Shown here: piece by piece, positions 38,116 through 51,504 of the stretch
Layout of the letters: each line of letters begins with the position of its first letter
How positions within the stretch are numbered: the stretch's first letter is position 1
Assembly (NCBI RefSeq): GCF_006345805.1
Contig: NC_043001.1
Location: 134,912,001 to 134,976,000, forward strand
Origin: Octopus sinensis
Lineage: Eukaryota
Direction: 5' to 3'
Length of the DNA: 64,000 bases
Notes under the pieces: model-generated
What the model was told of the DNA's origin: nothing
What the model saw: the letters and a program-made list of their open reading frames with translations, nothing else
Databases searched by the model: none
Program-made: the position numbers and the translations under genes

Positions 38116-40001
38116 TATTTGATCAATTTCTGGATAGGGTGAAGAATTTCCTTAATAAAATAGATTATGGACAGTGACTTTTGAATCCATTGAATGATAT
38201 TTTAAAGTTGCTAGATGAGAATACTGTTTTAAGATAATTTTTAAAAATTGAATATGCTTAATATTAAATGTAAAATGTGATTCTTTCATATCATGCAAAA
38301 ATTAATTAACTAAACTTTCACTAAATTAATTAACTAAATTTTATATTGCAGACTTATCCAATGATAGTGACGATGGCTTAATAATTTTATTAAAGGCACA
38401 GATGACTGACTGTTATGTTTGAATTATTGTTTATGAATAATTAGAGCAATGTTTAACATTATGAATGACTAAGCATATGGATTCAGAAAAAAAGGAAAAA
38501 ACGAAAAAGCTTTCACTCTATCCCTTATTGCATACTTGCAATATTGATAAATTTTTTAACTTAGTAGTTGAATTTGATGTTTTCGAGTTGGATGTGTTTG
38601 AAAAAGCTTTTATAAAACAAAATCAGGGAAATTTGTCAATATACAAAGAGAGAGAGAAAAAAAATAATAGTCATCTTTGTTCTGACTTTATGAATAGCTG
38701 CATCATAATCTGCTTTGAAGTTTTCTGTTTGAATTAATTTGCTTCCTTACTTCAAAGGAAAAAAAAAAATCAAGAAACTTCCTAAGGTAGAAATATCAAT
38801 GCTAAAATCCAAGTAGAAAGTCATCATAGCTAATTGATAAACATATAAAAAATGTAACATAGCCTTAAAGTAATAGGCTACAGAGGAGTTTACTGTACTG
38901 AGTGCAAGATAAATAATTAATAAATCTCCTGTAGGATTACTATAATACTATATTAATCATTGTTCAATCAACTAGATCCAAGCTTAATTAATTAGCTTTA
39001 ACTAATTTCCACCTACAATTTAGAATATTTAGACATTTGTATCAATACTTTATGTCTTATCCAGAAGATATAATTGATATGGTGTCAATTCAAATTGAGA
39101 TCCTTTGTTATGACAGACACTGTTGATGTTGAATTCATTTCACAAGCAACCAATAATTTTAAGAAGAAAAATTTTAAAACAAGTTGTTACTATGTAAACT
39201 TAATATGAAAATTTATTTGATGGGTAGAAATCTATTTGATGGGTAGAAATCTAGAGGTTTTCTTTATCCACTGGAAAATAGTAATCGTCATTTCACATTC
39301 ACTTTTCAATAATGGCAAGAGCTGAATGAGTGTTCTGAGGCAGTGTTTTATGGTCGTATACAGTAACCAGTAGAATATACAGTTAAATGGAAGTTATCAA
39401 TACAAAATAATATTGGTAGAACATATTGATGATGTGTATGAAGGTGCCAATGTTTTTTTTTCCTACAAAAGTAATGGCTTTTGCCTGTTTTAAGCACATT
39501 ATTCTTTTTGGCAACAATACAACTTCAGATAGATTGTCATGTTACAAATGAAATGAAGCAAAAATAATATGGTATAAGTCTTGAAAACAAACTAAAGTGA
39601 AGCAAGCTTAGAAAATATCTCCAAAATGAGAGAAAATTAGTCCCTACAGGCAACAGATGAGGCTGAAATAGTATCATTATCATCATCATCATCATCTTTG
39701 GAAGTAAAAATTTTTTAATCATAAGAAAATATATCTTTTATCAGAGATTATGTACAGAACATGTTTTCAGCGAACTGAAGGTTTATTAATGGAATGAAAT
39801 CACATTATGAGGATGGCATATCTATCTCAAAGACATTAATGTAATTTACAGTGACACTGGCAAAATATATCTGTTATGGGTTTAATATACATCTAAATTT
39901 CAACTGTTCTGCAGTTGACTCTAAATACTTTTGAAGAAAATGGTCTACAATAAATGATAAACACATTCATTGAAAAATAAAGAACACATTTGCCCTTTAA
40001 T

Positions 40002-40365
40002 ATCATCATCATCATCATGATTATCGTTTAACGTCCGTTCTCCATGCTAGCATGGGTTGGACGGTTCGACCGGGGATCTGGGAAGCCAGAAGGCTGCACC
40101 AGGCTCCGGTCTTATCTGGCAATGTTTCTACAGCTGGATGCCCTTCCTAATGCCAACCACTCCGTGAGTGTAGTGGGTGCTTTTTACGTGCCACCTGCAC
40201 AGGTGCCAGGTGAGGCTGGCAACGGCCACGGTCGGATTGGTGTATTTTACGTGCCACCGGCACAGAGGCCAGTCGAGGCGGCGCTGGCATCGGCCACGAG
40301 TCGGATAGTGCTTTTTACGTACCACCAGACCAGGGATCCTGGCTGGTTCAAATCAAAATCGAATT
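40002..40365 (-). mobile_element. SINE family D
   Basis: Nearly identical to 16925-17270, in opposite orientation. Confidence 0.9.
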
Positions 40366-40492
40366 GAATTAAAATTAATATATAAATATAAAGGAAAATA
40401 TTAATTACTTGAATTGTTCTATTTTGCCATCAAATAAAAAATGGATGAGTTATTGTGTTAATCTATAAGTGTTCAATATTTCGATAGAAAAC

Positions 40493-40957
40493 CATCATCA
40501 TTGTTTAACATCCATTTTCCATGTTGGCATGGGTTGGACAGTTTGAGGTCTAAAAAGCCAGCAGTTGCACCAGGCTTCAATCTGATCTGGCAATGTTTCT
40601 ACAGCTGGATGCCCTTCCTAACGCCAACCACTCTGGGAGTGTAGTGGGTGCTTTTTATGTGCCACCGGCACAGGAGCCAGTCAGGCTGGCCTGGCATCAA
40701 TTGCGTTCAAATAGTGCTTTTTACGTGCCACCAGCACAGGGGCCAGTCAGGGTGTAGTGGTATTGACCATGTTCGGATGGTGCTTTTTATGTGCCACTGG
40801 CATGGGAGCCAGTCAGGGGGTACTGGCATTGGCCACGTTTGGATAGTACTTTTTATGTGCCACCGGTACGAGAACCAGTCAGGCGGACCTGGCATAGACC
40901 ACGTTCGAATGGTGCTTTTTATGATGGCATGGGAACCAGTCAGGGGGCACTGGCCAC
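40493..40957 (-). mobile_element. Older SINE family D copy with ~5 internal units
   Basis: Repeated GTGCTTTTTATGTGCCACC...GAGCCAGTCAGG units. Confidence 0.85.
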
Positions 40958-41965
40958 AGACACTGTACTTTTGATACTGAAATAACAAAGTTTCTCTTTA
41001 CAAGTACTACTTTGTTCTACTACTTTAAGGTCAAGTGTATAACAATATATGCATTAAGCACCCATCTAATGAAATGTCACTTATCTATATACACAATTTC
41101 AGACAGATTCTTAGATGGTACTTTAAACGGTTAAGTGGAAATAATATCTGTTGGAACTGAATATATATTTTATTACCTGGATTTCTCCCAGTAGTCTTAC
41201 TTTATAGGAAGGAACGAATTTGATAATCAATATCTTTTTCTAAGAAACATCACACTGAAATAACAAGCTGACAGTTTATGTATCTTTTAATTTTCACTTA
41301 TTTCAGTCAATGGGCTGTGGCCATGCTGAGGCACCACCACCTTGAAAGAGTTTAGTCAAACAAGTAGACCCCAATACTCATTTTTTTCCAAGTCTGGTAC
41401 TTATTCTATTAGATCCTTTTGCTGAACCACTAAGTTACAGGATGTAAACAAGCCAACACTGGTTATCAAACAGTATGAATAAACACACACACACACACAC
41501 ACACATTTCACATACAAAAAATCTGTTAGGTTGTTGTTTCAACGTAATGCTGCTTGAAAAAAAAACAAAAAAAAAACAGACGTTGATTATCAAAATAGTT
41601 TCTATAAAATGAGATTATTGATTTATTTAAATGGTTCAAAGATGATAAGCAAAGGGATTTTAGGCAAATACAGGAGGTATAAAAATATGTCATAGTTCAG
41701 TTTTTGCTATCTTTTAAAAAATATAGTCACTAATCTGAATGCAGAGATAATCACTAATTTAATCCTATACTTTACTTAAGTATCGTTTTATTTTTCAGAC
41801 AGATGAGGGAATAATATTGTGAAAGGGGGCAGAGAAAATAGAAACAAAAAAAAAAATGATTACTACATTATTGAATATTTTTGATGGTGGCACGAAAGAA
41901 AAAAAGCAACAAGAACAAGTAAAAAATAAATAATAAAATAATTAGGATAAAGTTTCAATGTTTTT

Positions 41966-42010
<45 letters not shown>

Positions 42011-42621
42011 TTTTTTTTTATCATCATTTTACAGCTTTCCATGTTGTCATAAGCTGGCTGGGTTATTTCTGTCTGAGTCAGTTCCAGACTCACTGCATTT
42101 TGATTCTGAGACAAGCCATCGTCCATGTCTTGTTTCCATGCTCTATTTTTGGCATGGTTTCAATGGTTCAATGGATTCTATGGATTCCTAACATTAAGTG
42201 CTTTACAGAGTCTAGAGAGTACATTTTATCGTGATGCTAGTACAAGAGAGGTTGTCTTATATCTGGTAAGATTTAAAGAGTCCTCTCTAGCTTGTGCTGT
42301 GTTTGTTCCTTCTTTCATCAGCGCCAAGAGGGTTGTCTTCTTTCTGGAACACTAAAGGAATCACTTCTCTATGCTGTCTATATAGTCATTCTTGTCTTTC
42401 GTACACAACTGGGTGGGAAGAGAGTCAGAGTGAGGAGGTGGTAGAGAGAGGAGACAGTAAAGGAAGAGAGATAGAGAAAGAATGAAGGGAGTAAAAGATA
42501 GAAAGAGATAGAGAAAGAGAGTGATATATATATATAGGAGTGGCTGTGTGGTAAGTAGCTTGCTAACCAACCATATGGTTCCGGGTTCAGTCCCACTGCG
42601 TGGCACCTTGTATATATATAT

Positions 42622-43022
42622 ACTCTTTTACTCTTTTACTTGTTTCAGTCATTTGACTGCGGCCATGCTGGAGCACCGCCTTTAATCGAGCAAATCGACC
42701 CCGGGACTTATTCTTTTGTAAGCCTAGTACTTATTCTATCAGTCTCTTTTGCTGAACCGCTAAGTAACGGGGACATAAACACACCAGCATCGGTTGTCAA
42801 GCAATGCTAGGGGAACAAACACAGACACACACACGCATATATATATATATATATATACATATATACGACGGGCTTCTTTCAGTTTCTGTCTACCAAATAC
42901 ACTCACAAGGCTTTGGTCGGCCCGAGGCTATAGTAGAAGACACTTGCCCAAGATGCCACGCACTGGGACTGAACCCGGAACCATGTGGTTGGTTAGCAAG
43001 CTACTTACCACACAGCCACTCC
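42622..43022 (-). mobile_element. SINE family A, with an inverted copy of its head at 42537-42610
   Basis: Full body on the - strand; head plus flank duplicated in inverted orientation. Confidence 0.9.
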
Positions 43023-43075
43023 GATATATATATATATATATATATATATCACTCTCTTTCTCTATCTCTTTCTAT

Positions 43076-43134
<59 letters not shown>

Positions 43135-43393
43135 TACATAATTGTTTTTTTGAAGGAAATTGAACAGAATCAGCATGAAGAGCATTATGGAGGAAGAGTG
43201 ACAGGTGATACAAGAGGAAATAGTGAAGGTGTGATAGAGAGTGAGAGAGTGTAATTGGATGTCGACAATGAATGGCAGAGGAGTAAGTAAGAGAGAGAAA
43301 GAGGAAGTGATAGGCAGCAACATAAAATATTTGAAGACCATTTTATAGAAGACCATATTTTGATAGCTATTTCTTTATGCTTTTTAGAAATTA

Positions 43394-43787
43394 CTAGCAG
43401 TATCGCCCGGCGTTGCTCGGGTTTGTAAGGGAAATAACTATAAAGCATTTTTAGAGAGTTATAGCCAAAAAGTAGCAAAAAAATGCATTAAAAATGGGAA
43501 AAAAATGATGGTAAATTTTTTTTTAAATCGTTGACTCATCGTAGACATTTTTAGAGAGTTACTTCCCTTATATAATAGCGAAAAAATGCATTAAAATGGA
43601 AAAAAATGGTAAATTATTTTTTAAATCGTAGACTCATCGTAGATGCGCGCTAATACCCAGAAGGGCTCGATATGAATCACGACTATAAGATACCCGGTTT
43701 TGGTTAAACTGCACCGCAAAATGTGGGAGTAGTTAGGAATCTAAATCAGAGTAGACAGACACACAACCTTACTTTTATATATAAAGA
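43394..43787 (-). mobile_element. Non-autonomous Helitron, family 1
   Basis: Same termini and body as 1624-2020. Confidence 0.9.
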
Positions 43788-44335
43788 TTAAGCTTAGAAA
43801 ATTAAATTTAACAGTTGGTTGTCTTATCTAATTATATTTTAGGTATAGATTACATAGCTTTGCCTTCTTGCACTGTTTTGTTACAAACCCCAAGAAAACT
43901 TTCTAAAATTTAAACCAACCAACATTTGAGTAATTTTCCTTGTGTTTCAAGAAACCAAATGTTTTAAAAATATTTCTCGTGATTAGGATATTTTTAGTTA
44001 GATAGGTTATTCTAGTGTTTTGATTGCTGTCAAACATTGACTGTAAAATTGTTTCTTCTGAGAGAGGTTCTAAAAATGAATTTTTAGATGAATCTTGAAT
44101 CATAAAATTCAAAGATGAAATCCCAAATCCCTTCTTCTAAGATGAGTCTTAACTTTTTTTACATCATCAATAAAGAAATGAAAAGAAAAAAGCTTCTTGC
44201 TAATCCAATTCTTTTCTGGTATTAAATATTGATTTTTCTTTCTATGTCAGAGGAATTTAAAGTCAGTGATTTTGAGATGTAATCAAGTGTTAAGACACCG
44301 CTTTATGAAATAGAAGTGTGAGTGTGTGCGTGTTT

Positions 44336-44343
44336 GAGAGAGA

Positions 44344-44414
<71 letters not shown>
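44336..44414. repeat. (GA)n microsatellite
   Basis: Directly visible. Confidence 0.98.
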
Positions 44415-44418
<4 letters not shown>

Positions 44419-45909
44419 TAAAGTATGATATCAATATTTCAATATTTACAATAAATAAATAACAAGATTAATGAGAGGCGAATAAAAGTCTAGAAAGGAT
44501 ATTAAAATAATTTCATCTGTATAACAAGAATAACCAATATATTGTCAACATTCTGATAAATTGTCATAATCCTTAGTGATGCTAGTGTAAAAGAATTTGG
44601 TGTGAGGTTTTATGTGAATGTATAAGAAAAGGATTTACAAAAGTGAACAGTCTTTCTATAGGGCCTGGTAAACCAGTTTTGATCTTCAGTTATATATGTT
44701 CTATTGTATTTATATTTCTAATAGCTTTTGGGAAAAACATGAGTAATACAACTTCTGTTTCTTCTCTATAATCTTAAGAACCATACATAAGGAAGGAGTT
44801 ATGGCATTTAGATGTCTCGTTAATATCAGCTGTGTGTGTGTATGTGCATGCGGGGTGGAGTGAGAGTGAAAGGGATGAGAAGAGAAAGCTCACCAATAAA
44901 TTTTAAAGAACTGTCCAAGTGAATTCTTAGTGGGTAAATCAAGAAGAGAACTTCAATCTGCCTTTTTAATTTATAATTTAATATTTTTAAATAATTAAGT
45001 CAGAGGACCTCCAAAACCAGACTAAACACCTGACCCAAATATTTGCAACACTGTTGTGCCAAGCAGTGTACTCAATCCAAGTGACAGATCAAGTCTACTA
45101 CTGTCCACTGTAACTACAATAAATGAAGTCTCGTGTGTCATCATATTTTAATGTTTGTCTTCCATGCTGGCATGGGTGGACAGTTTGACAGGATGGCTAT
45201 GCTGAGCTCCAATGTCTGCTTTGGCATAGTTTCTATAGCTGGATGCTTTTCCTAATACCCTGAGTGCATTCGTGTTTTGAAACACAGGCACTAGTGAGGT
45301 CACCAAATAACTTTCAAGACAAAGAGAAAGCTCCTCAACAGAGTGGGGTTGTAGTAGAGAGAGAGGGCGTCTTTATGCTAGGTGGTGAGAGGCTGAAGTA
45401 TGATTGCTAGCACTCTGTTGCTTAGGACGATGAGGGTTCCAGTTGATCTGTTCAGCTGAGCAATCTGCTCATAATATTAATGTGCAAGTGGCTGAGCATT
45501 CTGTGTGACAAGGCCGGCCCTTTGAATTACAGGTACAATTCATTTTTGCCAGTTGAGTAGACTGGAGCAATGTGAAATGAAGTATCTTGCTCAAGGATAC
45601 AATGTGCCACTAGGAATCAAACTTATGACCTTATGATCATAAACTGAGCACCCTAATCACTAAGCCATGTGCCTTCACTCTGAAGTATGATACAGGCACA
45701 GTCGTCTTGCTGTAGAGGAAATACATAGCCAGCCAGCATTATATAAGGGTGTGTGGGAATAGCTGCAAGGAAAACAAAGATGGTGGTGATGAGGCGTCAG
45801 AGTGCATAAGAGAATACAGACTACAAAAATGAAAGAAACTTGTTCCTTATCCAAACCAGTCTAGACCCTAGTGGTTATATTTCAGAGATCAAGTCACATT
45901 ATCTATATT

Positions 45910-46142
45910 CTATTTCTTTACTACCCACAAGGGGCTAAACTCAGAGGGGACAAACAAGGACAGACAAACGGATTAAGTCGATTATATCGACCCCAGTGCA
46001 CAACTGGTACTTAATTTATCGACCCCGAAAGGATGAAAGGCAAAGTCAACCTCGGCGGAATTTGAACTCAGAATGTAACGGCAGACGAAATACGGCTACG
46101 CATTTCGCCCGTCGTGCTAACGTTTCTGCCAGCTCGCCGCCT
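45910..46142 (-). mobile_element. SINE family C
   Basis: Full-length match to the family. Confidence 0.9.
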
Positions 46143-47064
46143 TTTTAGTTTCTAATATCAGTTATCCCTCACTAATTTCTATTGAATTTTAGACATGTAC
46201 AATGTGTGTGTGAGTGTATGTGTGCAATTATCATACAATTCTTTGTAGGGTTAAATAATAACTTTATGGATTTATAAACATTTCCTATATTTAGAAATAT
46301 GAATATACAAACCATACACATTGTCATTTAGTTCATTCATTAAAACTCTATTTCATTTTACATGTTTCAAAATTAATGCTGCACATTTTATCTAATATTG
46401 TGTAGAATTAATGCTGTTTGGTTTCAAGTCATTGTTGACTGAGGCTGTGCTCAAAGGTGCCTATGATCATTCTGTCTTATTTTCAGGTATAGAGTGTTTT
46501 AGGACTGTATTATTAAATGTGTCCTTACTTTATTTTAGATGGTAGAGTATGATTTGCAGTAGATTTAGCTACTTTTTCCAGCAGGTCAAGCAGCCACATA
46601 AAGTTTCATTGCTGACCTTTTTGAAGAAGTAAAATAGGGAAATGGATAAGGATTTGATCTCATTATTTATTATTTTCCTTTCCACTTCATCTAGTAGGTT
46701 AACAGGTATCAGATCGTCCAGGAATATTTATCTCTCATCTATTATGTAAATACTATAGTCCCAAAATTTTGAGCATACAGCAGTCAGCTATCAGAATATC
46801 TCTGGTTACCCATGTTTAAAAAGAAAATCATCTTAATGGACTCTTAGCATTATTTTCTAAACCTAAAATAATTTGCTCTTTGTATCTTGTGTAACTGTAC
46901 AGTAGTGCGATAAATACTATTAGATTGGTACATAAAATAGTAGCTGCACAATATAAATGTAACTTCATCAGGTGTCTTGTTATCTCAATGTAGTAACTGG
47001 TTACATACATGGTACAATCAAAATTCAAAACTGAGGAGCGTTTACATATTTATTGTGAACAGTA

Positions 47065-47490
47065 GGCGCAGGAGTGGCTGTGTGGTAAGTAGCTTGCTAA
47101 CCAACCACATGGTTCCGGGTTCAGTCCCACTGCGTGGCATCTTGGGCAAGTGTCTTCTGCTATAGCCCCGGGCCAACCAATGCCTTGTGAGTGGATTTGG
47201 TAGATGGAAACTGAAAGAAGCCTGTCGTATATATGTATATATATATATAAGTGTGTGTGTATATGTTTGTGTGCGTGTGTGTTTGTCCCCCTAGCATTGC
47301 TTGACAACCGATGCTGGTGTGTTTACGTCTCCGTCACTTAGCGGTTCGGCAAAAGAGACCGATAGAATAAGTACTGGGCTTACAAAGAATAAGTCCCGGG
47401 GTCGATTTGCTCGATTAAAGGCGGTGCTCCAGCATGGCCGCAGTCAAATGACTGAAACAAGTAAAAGAGTAAAAGAGTAAAGAGAGAGAG
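47065..47490 (+). mobile_element. tRNA-derived SINE family A, full length
   Basis: GGCGCAGGAGTGGCTGTGTGGTAAG head, GGTTCAGTCCC B-box, (GAGTAAAA)n tail. Confidence 0.95.
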
Positions 47491-47562
47491 TAGGCAGGAT
47501 ATCTAATTGATGTCCAAGGACTTCAGTTCAACAATTTGTCATCAAAGTCGTTACTGTACTAC

Positions 47563-47601
<39 letters not shown>

Positions 47602-48216
47602 ATAATAATAATAATAATAATAGTAGTAGTAGTAGTAGTAGTAAAACCAGCAACCATAAAACCTGGTAGTTCTAGAATGCAATGGTCATCAGAGGTTGTG
47701 AGAAGTCCTGTTGATATTGACAACTAAACTGTAATAACATATGGCAGGAATAAGTGATGATTGAAATAATATTTCAACAATTGAAGATACATTTGGAACA
47801 GACAGAATATTTTGATAAGCTTATTTCAACAATAGTTCACATATTTAATATATAACATAATTTAACAGAGGTAGTAGTAAACCTAATCAATTCAACAGCC
47901 TCTTTTTCAGCTTAAATTTGGAATTTCCCATTTTATTTGATATTAACCTGAAATACAAGTTTCCACTTTAACAGATCTAATAATGAAACTATAATTAGCC
48001 ATTATTTGATATCAATAAAGTTTCTCTTTTTTTCCAATATGTAGCTATTCTAAGTGTTATTGTGAGAACACATTTGGTAAGAACCAAATGCTTGAATATC
48101 TGACCAATATTTTCATGTAAATCAAAGACTCCCCTTTTAAGTATTTGGAGTAATTTGAAAATATTTGATAAGATAAATTGGCATGATTTCTTGTTAGAAA
48201 TAGCAGCCAAATCTCT

Positions 48217-48445
48217 TTAACCCTTTAGTGTTCAGATTACTTGGTTAAATGTAATGCTTTTTTATTTAAATTGTTTTGAATTAATCATGCATTACCTTAT
48301 AGCTTTGAGGTTTCAATGATGTGATTGCTTATTTTCAGAATGTCAATGTAGGTTAGGTGTGAGAGGCTAGATATGGCCAGTTGGAATATAAAATATGTAG
48401 AATATATTGGGCCGGATTTGGCCAGTTTAAACACTAAAGGGTTAA
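48217..48445 (+). mobile_element. piggyBac-type MITE, family 1 (diverged)
   Basis: TTAA|CCCTTTAGTGTT...AACACTAAAGGG|TTAA. Confidence 0.88.
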
Positions 48446-49473
48446 AATTACACTCTACTTTCTAAAACAGGGACATATTGAATAATGAAGACGGATATGC
48501 TACAAACTAAAATTTAGAATTGGATAAAGTAAAGAGAAAGTAACAAGGTTTCCATATTCTACTTAAAATTGTATTAAATGTTTCATCCACAATACTTTTT
48601 GGTAAATTAGATGAAAAACAAAACAAATGAAACAATAGCACCCTGCTCACACAGGTTTTTGTAAAACTGTACAAAAAATATTTTATGAAAGAAAGATAAT
48701 AGTTAATATCAATAAAACATGAGAACTTATCTCTTAAAACAAGCAAGGAAGCCATAATATATTACTGTCTATTATAATTCACTATAATTTACTATTTCCA
48801 TTATGTGAACAATATGTGTTCTTTCTCATTAATGACATGTCAAAGTTCTAACACATTCTAAATAGGTTGTAGAGTAACTAGATTAATGTAGTTTTAAAGA
48901 ATAAATTTACATTCTTATATTTTTTGAGAGGAACTGAATATCTGACTAGTTTAAACATGAGAATAAATCCAATTATTAGTAACCTTCAACATCTAATAAC
49001 TTTGATCACTTGATATTTCCTCTATTTTAAAACCCTGAGTAATTCCATTTGAATACATCTTTGCTCATCGTTTTACATATTTAACACTAAAAATTATTCT
49101 AGTAACATTAGAAGGGTAAAATTTCTGAAATTCATTTTTCACATTAATTTGGGTGTGTGTCTAAATGCTTGTATGTGCGCTTGTGTATTCTATTTTATAT
49201 TCATTTTTCTCTTTGTTATAGGTTAGATGCTGTTGCAAATGTCTGAATTTGCATAAATTTGTTCCTTAGGTATTTATGTCTAAATGCCTTTTCTAATGCC
49301 AAATACTCTCAATACTTTTGTAAAATGAATCCTTATTTTTTATCAATATGTGCTGTAGTCTACTGAAAGTTTCTTTATCTATATTTATCTTTGTATGGTT
49401 TTTAACTTTAATTATACACTGACAAAAAGGGAGAAAAAAAATCTACATTCTATATGACTGATAATTAATATTT

Positions 49474-49850
49474 GTGGAGGTGCAATGGCCCAGTGGTTAG
49501 GGTAGCGGACTCACAGTCGTAGGATCGCGATTTCGATTCCCAGACTGGGCGTTGTGAGTGTTTATTGAGCAAAAACACCTTAAGCTCCACGAGGCTCCGG
49601 CAGGGATGGTGGTGATCCCTGCTGTACTCTTTCACCTCAACTTTCTCTCACTCTTTGTTTCTGTTGTACCTGTATTTCAAGGGGCCAGCCTTGTCACTCT
49701 CTGTGTCACGCTGAATATCTCCGAGAACTACGTTAAGGGTACACGTGTCTGTGGAGTGCTCAGCCACTTACACGTTAATTTTACGAGCAGGCTGTTCCGT
49801 TGATTCGGATCAACCGGAACCCTCATCGTCGTAACCGACGGAGTGCTTCC
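49474..49850 (+). mobile_element. tRNA-derived SINE family B
   Basis: 11-bp TSD AATTAATATTT. Confidence 0.95.
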
Positions 49851-49977
49851 AATTAATATTTAAGGTAGAAATTAAATTTTTGTAATGTAAGGATTATAGT
49901 TTAATGAATCAATATCAGAAAATTATTTGTACTTATTTAATCCTTCAGAAAAATTTGTTCTCAGATTTTAACATTAA

Positions 49978-50320
49978 CTAGATACACCCACATATAATAA
50001 GGTATTTAGTCTAGTGCCACACTATTTAAATATAACTAGTTAGACACAACCAAATATTGCAAAGTATTTAATTTAGTGTCCTATGTTCTCAAAGTAGGAA
50101 ACAATCAAATATTGTAAGGCAAGTATAGTACCCTACTATTTTAACATAACTAAATGTAACCACATACTATATGGCATTTAGTTCAGTGCTCTATCATTTT
50201 AACATAGTTAGACACTATCATATACTGTAAGACTTTAGTCTTACTACTTGATTATGTTTACATAGACACAAACAAATATTGTAAGGCATTTAGCCTGGTG
50301 CCCTCCTATTTTAATGTATT
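49978..50320. repeat. Old degenerate ~55-60-bp tandem array, ~6 units
   Basis: Recurring TAGACACAACCAAATATTGTAAGGCATTTAGTCTAGTGCCCTACTATTTTAACATAAC-like units. Confidence 0.7.
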
Positions 50321-50546
50321 TAAACATTTAGTATTTAAACCGGCCATATCCGGCCAAAATACTTAATCTATTTTATGCTCAAACTGACCAGATCCAGGCT
50401 CTCACACCTACCCTACAATGTTATTCTACATTAAGTAATTACACCATCAAGATCTTGAAGATATGAGATAATGCATGATTAATTCAAATCAATGGGAATC
50501 AATAAGCATTATGTTTGATAGAATAATCTGAACACTAAAGGGTTAA
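50320..50546 (-). mobile_element. piggyBac-type MITE, family 1
   Basis: Matches the family; left terminus mutated. Confidence 0.88.
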
Positions 50547-50936
50547 ACATTTAGTCAGGTGCTACATTATTTCATTCCTTTAATGGCTAATATTAATAGC
50601 ATTTTTTAAAACTAAGTAGAGGCATGGCTGTGTGGTCAAGAGGTTTCCTTAGCAGCTATATGTTTGAGTTCAATACCACAGTATGACACCTTAAGCAAGC
50701 ATCTTCTACTATAGACTCAGATTGGTCAAAGCATTGCAAATAAAATTTGGTAGACAGAAACGGTTTGGAAACTAGCTGGGACATATGTTTTTGGATGATA
50801 GCCTTAACAATTTGTTGCTTAGGATACCTTTGAAGGAATTAACTGTGTTGGGCCAAGTCTCAAGTATGAGACTTGTTTCCTTTTTACTAATCTTGGAAGC
50901 TCTGAAATAAAGATCATGGCCATAGCTCCATCCCCA

Positions 50937-50937
<1 letters not shown>

Positions 50938-50993
<56 letters not shown>

Positions 50994-50995
50994 TA

Positions 50996-51043
<48 letters not shown>
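50938..51043. repeat. (TA)n microsatellite
   Basis: Directly visible. Confidence 0.98.
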
Positions 51044-51045
<2 letters not shown>

Positions 51046-51504
51046 AATGAAGGATAAAATTTTTTTCGAAAAAAATATTCTTTTCCCAAAAAATTTTATC
51101 AATGGCCAGCATATCAAAAAATACCTTTAAGGGTTAAATCTATAAACAATTCATAATTAAGGGCAAACGAAAAAATTTCTAATGCCAGATATGCCGAAAA
51201 ATTGGACATATTGTCCATTAACCATATAATTTTTTCACAATATGCACGCTACTCGAAAAAAGGTCGACAGAAATTTCTAAAACATTCCATTATTACCATA
51301 TCGGACCGATTTCAGGGTTAGCTTATAACAGCCCTCCCTTCGTCAGTGATACATGTGGCAAAAAGAAATAAATGAGATACTTACTCATACCCATGGAAGT
51401 AGCGTGCATATTGTGAAAAAATTATATGGCTAATGGACAATATGTCCAATTTTCGGCATATCTGGCATTAGAAATTTTTTCGTTTGCCCTTAATTATGAA
51501 TTGT
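51044..51504 (-). mobile_element. Penelope-like terminal remnant with ~108-bp inverted arms (51146-51253 / 51398-51504), embedded in (TA)n
   Basis: Inverted arms visible directly; the spacer contains a canonical hammerhead; flanked by (TA)n on both sides. Confidence 0.75.
51294..51351 (-). ncRNA. Type I hammerhead ribozyme, canonical core
   Basis: UAUCA-CUGACGA-AGGG ag GGCU guuaua AGCU aa CCCU-GAAA-UCG guc CGA-UA^-UGGUA. All core nucleotides and three stems are present. Confidence 0.85.

Noticed and set aside
47065-47135. tRNA genes at the heads of families A and B
   Set aside because: A/B boxes are present, but each head is fused to a SINE body and tail with TSDs and has no complete cloverleaf.
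47555-47643. (CTA)n(ATA)n(GTA)n quasi-palindrome
   Set aside because: Ordinary compound trinucleotide microsatellite.
51044-51085. CTAATGAAGG...TTCGAAA hammerhead-like string on the + strand
   Set aside because: G5 is absent and stems I and III do not form convincingly.
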